A stretch of DNA of 64,000 bases, from the NCBI GenBank assembly GCA_964016885.1, contig OZ024741.1, forward strand, positions 101,370,001-101,434,000. The letters run 5' to 3'. Below the pieces are notes generated by a model, which worked only from the letters and a program-made list of their open reading frames with translations, was not told the DNA's origin and ran no database searches. A program made the translations under genes and the position numbers. This DNA comes from Eledone cirrhosa (lineage: Eukaryota). Positions 59,595 to 64,000 of the stretch are shown here, in pieces (position 1 is the stretch's first letter; every line of letters starts with the position of its first letter).

Positions 59595-62500
59595 ATCATC
59601 TTCATCATCATCATCGTTTAACGTCCTTGTTCCACGCTTGCATGGGTTTGGACGGGAGTTTTCCCACTTGAGGCAAGAGTGGTTGTCTTGCTCGCATAGG
59701 ACTGTCTGGCAGGTTTTATACAGCTGCATGCCCTTCCTAACACCAACCACATTTACAGTGTGGGACTGGTAGGTTTTTACCGTGTTGCCTACACGGCCAC
59801 ATTACAGCGTGGACTGGGTTTTTTTGTCGTGACACCTACACGATCTCATTTGTTTCGGCCTGGATGTTGTGGCACCAACATAACTTTACATTGAAAGGGG
59901 GCGGTGTGGATGGTGTGGGAGTGGTGGGACGGCGGTGTATTTTGTTAGAGATGCCTACTGACTGTAGTAGATTTTACTTTGTATTTAGTTAAGGCGGGTC
60001 TTCTCTATTACTGAGTACCGCCAAAGATCTCAGTCCAGTGACATTGTCTTGCAGAGGTGTAAGTGTGTGAGGTCGGAATTTATCAGGTCGTCCCAGGTTT
60101 TTCTGGGTCTGCCTACTCCGTGGCTACCGTCTATCTTTATTGCCCTGCACTTTTTTATACTCTCGAGTAAACAACTTCTGATCCATCTTATTTCTAATTT
60201 TTCCCTTCGTTTATGCTTTGCCGTTCACGTATATTACTATTACACATCCAGCGGAGCATGCAAGCTTCGTTCCTCTCTAGTCTGCATATATCCTCTGCAC
60301 ATAATGCCCAGGTCTCACTGCCATGCAACATTGCTGTTCGTATGCAGGCATCATACAACCTGCCTTTCATTTTTAGGGAGAACCCTTCAGCGGCTAATAG
60401 TGGTATAAGCTCTCTGAACTTTTTCCATCCATTTCTGACTCTAGCTACTGTACTTTCAGAGCACCCTCCCCCACTGCTGATTTTGTCACCCAGGTAACGG
60501 AAGCTGTCCACTATTTCTATAGAGCCCTCTGCGCAGTTGAAAGAGCTAGTATTTTGTGGGCACTTGCTGCTACTTATTGCACCAGAGCAGCGGCCACATG
60601 TGAAATCTATGTTCTTAGTTAGCTTACCTGTGATCCCACTACATCTTTTATGCACCCATACTTTGCATTTCTGACACAAAATGGAGTTTCTACCTACGCC
60701 TTTCCTACACACTGAGCATGGCCACTTCCCGGAAGGGACCGCCGCCTTATTTTCTTTCCTACAAACTAGAACTTTGGTCTTAGCCAGGTTAATTTTAAAG
60801 CCTTTTGATTCTAGGCCGTGCTTCCATGTTTGGAATTTCTTCTCTAGCTCGGCCATTGATTCAGCTATGAGTGTTAGTCGTCTGCGTATAGGAGTTCCCA
60901 TGGGCAGCCGGTCTTGAACTCCTCTGTTATAGCCTGAAGGGCAATAATAAATAGTAGGGGGCTGAGAACAGAGCCCTGATGGACGCCAACTTTTACGCTA
61001 AACTCTTCACTATATTCGTTGTTAATTCTAACCTTGCTGACTGTTTCTTTATACATGGCTTGTATAGCTCTCACAAGCCATTCGTCAACACCTAGTTTTC
61101 TAAGAGCCCACCAGATAATGGAACGGGGGACTCTGTCGAAGGCTTTCTCCAAGTCGACAAAAGCTAAGTATAGTGGTTTACTTTTAGCTAGGTACTGCTC
61201 CTGTAGTTGTCGTACAATGAAAAGAGCGTCTGTGGTACTTTTGCCTGACACAAACCCGAACTGCATTTCATCGAGGTCAATTCTCTCTCTGATTAGTTGC
61301 GCTATTACTTTTTCCGTGACCTTCATGACCTAGTCGATTAATTTAATGCCTCTATAGTTACTCCTATCTAGGGCATCTCCTTTACCCTTATAACAGTTAA
61401 CGATGATGCTGCTACGCCAGTCCTTCGGAACAACCCCATTCTGTACGACTTGGTTAACTATCCGGGTGACCATGGTGTGTCCCACCGTGCCAGATGCCTT
61501 CAGCATCTCAGCAACTATTTCCGAAGGCCCAGCTGCCTTACCCGTCTTCATATCCTTGATTGCCTTACTTATTATACTACCCTCGACTAACACTGCTGGT
61601 CCCTCTATTGGGCCGATGTGGGGGAGACTGTCTTTCTCCCATTTATTCTCCTCATTTAATAGATAGCCTTTCATAATGACACTTCCAAGCTACCTTCTTA
61701 TCAGCATCGGTGATGGCAAGTACGCCGTCATCATTAAGTACACACTTCTCCCCGACAATATCAAGTTTTCCTTGACACATTGCCTAGCAATCCTGAACAC
61801 CTCACGTTTTTTGTCCTCGCGTTGTAGAACATGCTTGAACTTTCTTTCCTCTGCTTCCCTTCTTGCGAAGTACACTTGTCTCCTAGCTTCCCTCCTGGCC
61901 ACTTGATAGTCTTCTCTACTTCCCCCATCCCGCCATACTTTCCAAGCCTGCTTTTTGGCCTTAATTGACCCCTCCACCTTACTGTTCCACCACCATGTTA
62001 CTCTCCTCCTGCCTAGAGGCCTGCTCCAGCCACAGACTTCGTCTGCCGCTATCAGCAGGTTTGCTTTCAGGAATTCCCACTGCTCCTCTATATTGTACGA
62101 CTCTAATTGCTCTTCCTTACTGTCGAAAGCATCAAGTAGTATGCTTTTAAATTTATTTCTGGTTGTGGAGCCCTTTAGCTTCCATATTTTTCTCCTGAGG
62201 ATAGTCCTCTTCTGTTGTCTAGTACGTCTCGTCCTGACTATTAGGTCGCTAATTATCAGTCTATGTTGTGAGGTGCATTCTTCATGGGGGAGGGATTTAG
62301 TGTTTACAACAGACACTCTGTCACGTCTTCTGGTAAGGATATAATCTACCTGGCTTGTGTGTTCCCCGGATCTATAGGTGATCAGGTGATTGTCACGTTT
62401 TTTGAAGTTAGTGTTACAGATAGTTAGGTTATTTGCGTCACAGAATTCCAGGATTCTGGAGCCTTCCTGATTTCTAGTACCAAACCCATAGCCTCCATGG

Positions 62501-63611
62501 ATTTCGTCGTAGCCGTCACAATGTTGTCCAACGTGACCATTTAGGTCGCCTGCAATAATTATATAGTGACTGTCGGTTATTTGGGAAGTAGTGAGCATCA
62601 GTGTCTCATAGAATCTGTCTTTTATAGTGCCGGGCAGTCCGGATTGGGGTGCGTACGCAGATATTACTGTCACCGTAGTTCTATTGAGGACAAGTCTTAT
62701 TTTAATTATTCTGTCGTTCACTCTATTTACGTCTATTATCTTATCTGCCCACTTTTCTGCTACCATGATTCCTACTCCACCCAGCCCATCGTCATTTCCC
62801 ACCCAGAAAAGCTTATAGCATCGTTTTTTTTACCCTCAATGAATCTAGCAGACCCACCCCTCCACCTGGTCTCTTGAATACAACAAACATCGACCTCCTT
62901 ACGTTCGAGCATTTCTACAACCTCGTTAGAGCGACCCTTTAAGGTGCCTACATTCATGGTACCAACTCTGAAGTTTTGGATTGCGTTTGGAGTGTGTGTG
63001 TGTGTGGGGGGGGGGGTTATGTTAGCCATTCGCGGCCGAAACAAAGAGGAGTGCTCGCATTCTCGTCCACGAGGTGAATTTGTCTTTATCTTTGGCATTG
63101 TCGCTGAGCGTCCAGATTTTTCTCTCTTCCGTAGTCCATCCATCCATCATATATCGAAAGGCAACCAGGTAAGCGATAGTATAGGCCTCTGGCTTATGAT
63201 TGGTCCACGTAATAATAATGGTGGTGCGTGGGGGCGGGTGGGAGGGGTGTTGGGTAGTTAGCGAGAAGGTAAGGTTTGAATGAGGTCCTCGTATTTAACA
63301 AGCGCTAACAAAAATACAAGATTTGTTTTGTTGAATACGACAAAAACCTCGTATTTAACAAGCAATAACAAAAAATACAGATTTGTTTTGGGAAATACGA
63401 CAAAGCTACAGTAGGATTTGGCAAGATTGGATTCGGGGAAGAGAAAATGCTATAGAATTGTCGGAGGGTTGGACTGGATACGAATGGAGTGTGGAAATGG
63501 TAGAAAAATGTGTACATTACGTTACATGATATACCGTGAAGAAAGCAGCGATGAATTTGGCGAATGTGATTTACTTGAAGGGTTTATCTTATATATATAT
63601 AGATAGAGAGG

Positions 63612-63648
<37 letters not shown>

Positions 63649-63780
63649 GGGGAGGATAGGTTTGGCCGCATGATGTAGATATTGGGGTGGCTGACCGCGA
63701 ACCCTCATGAAGTAGGGGAGGGGGAGAAGATAGTAGGAGCGGGAGTTTAGAGTTTTTGAAGTAACAAATATATTTAAAAA
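59595..63780 (-). mobile_element. RTE family A full-length defective copy
   Basis: ORF pieces 62772-63143, 61690-62802, 61330-61674, 60874-61326 and 60194-60901. The 5' UTR is homologous to one monomer of the 53216-57246 array. Confidence 0.95.
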
Positions 63781-63878
63781 TATATATGTATCATCATTTT
63801 AAGATCATTTTAATATATATACATACATACATATGCATATATATATATACATATATATGTATATATGCATTTATATAC

Positions 63879-63932
<54 letters not shown>

Positions 63933-64000
63933 TTATATATTTATATATATATATATAAATATATAAATATATATTTATATTCATTTCATTTTATGTCCGC

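Overview
This is AT-rich eukaryotic DNA with no prokaryotic features. It is probably cephalopod/octopus, inferred from the SINE and RTE repertoire and the long (TA)n tracts. Most of the window is transposon-derived. It holds many RTE-clade non-LTR retrotransposon copies (APE + RT in one ORF, (GAT)n tails), which I label families A-D. One family A copy has an intact 1146-aa ORF. There is also a full Gypsy LTR element nested inside an RTE and itself split by another RTE, plus tRNA-headed SINEs, Penelope-like (PLE) fragments and fold-back repeats carrying hammerhead ribozyme motifs. Three things are not explained by simple repeat annotation. (1) Short GT-AG exons on the + strand, mostly phase 0 and duplicated, encode Q/Y/S/R/P/N-rich repeats, so the window appears to lie in the introns of a host gene that the ORF track misses. 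(2) The intact RTE has about 8 near-identical ~510-bp 5' monomers, and the same monomer junction recurs in diverged copies, suggesting a family-wide tandem-promoter architecture. (3) A covarying pseudoknot + GNRA RNA module sits in the 5' UTR of family C, is repeated in the 3' UTRs of families A and B, and lies inside the SINEs. A ~17.6-kb-offset tandem duplication with uneven divergence and a G.U-biased 95-bp hairpin are also notable. All calls were made by eye, and no searches were run.
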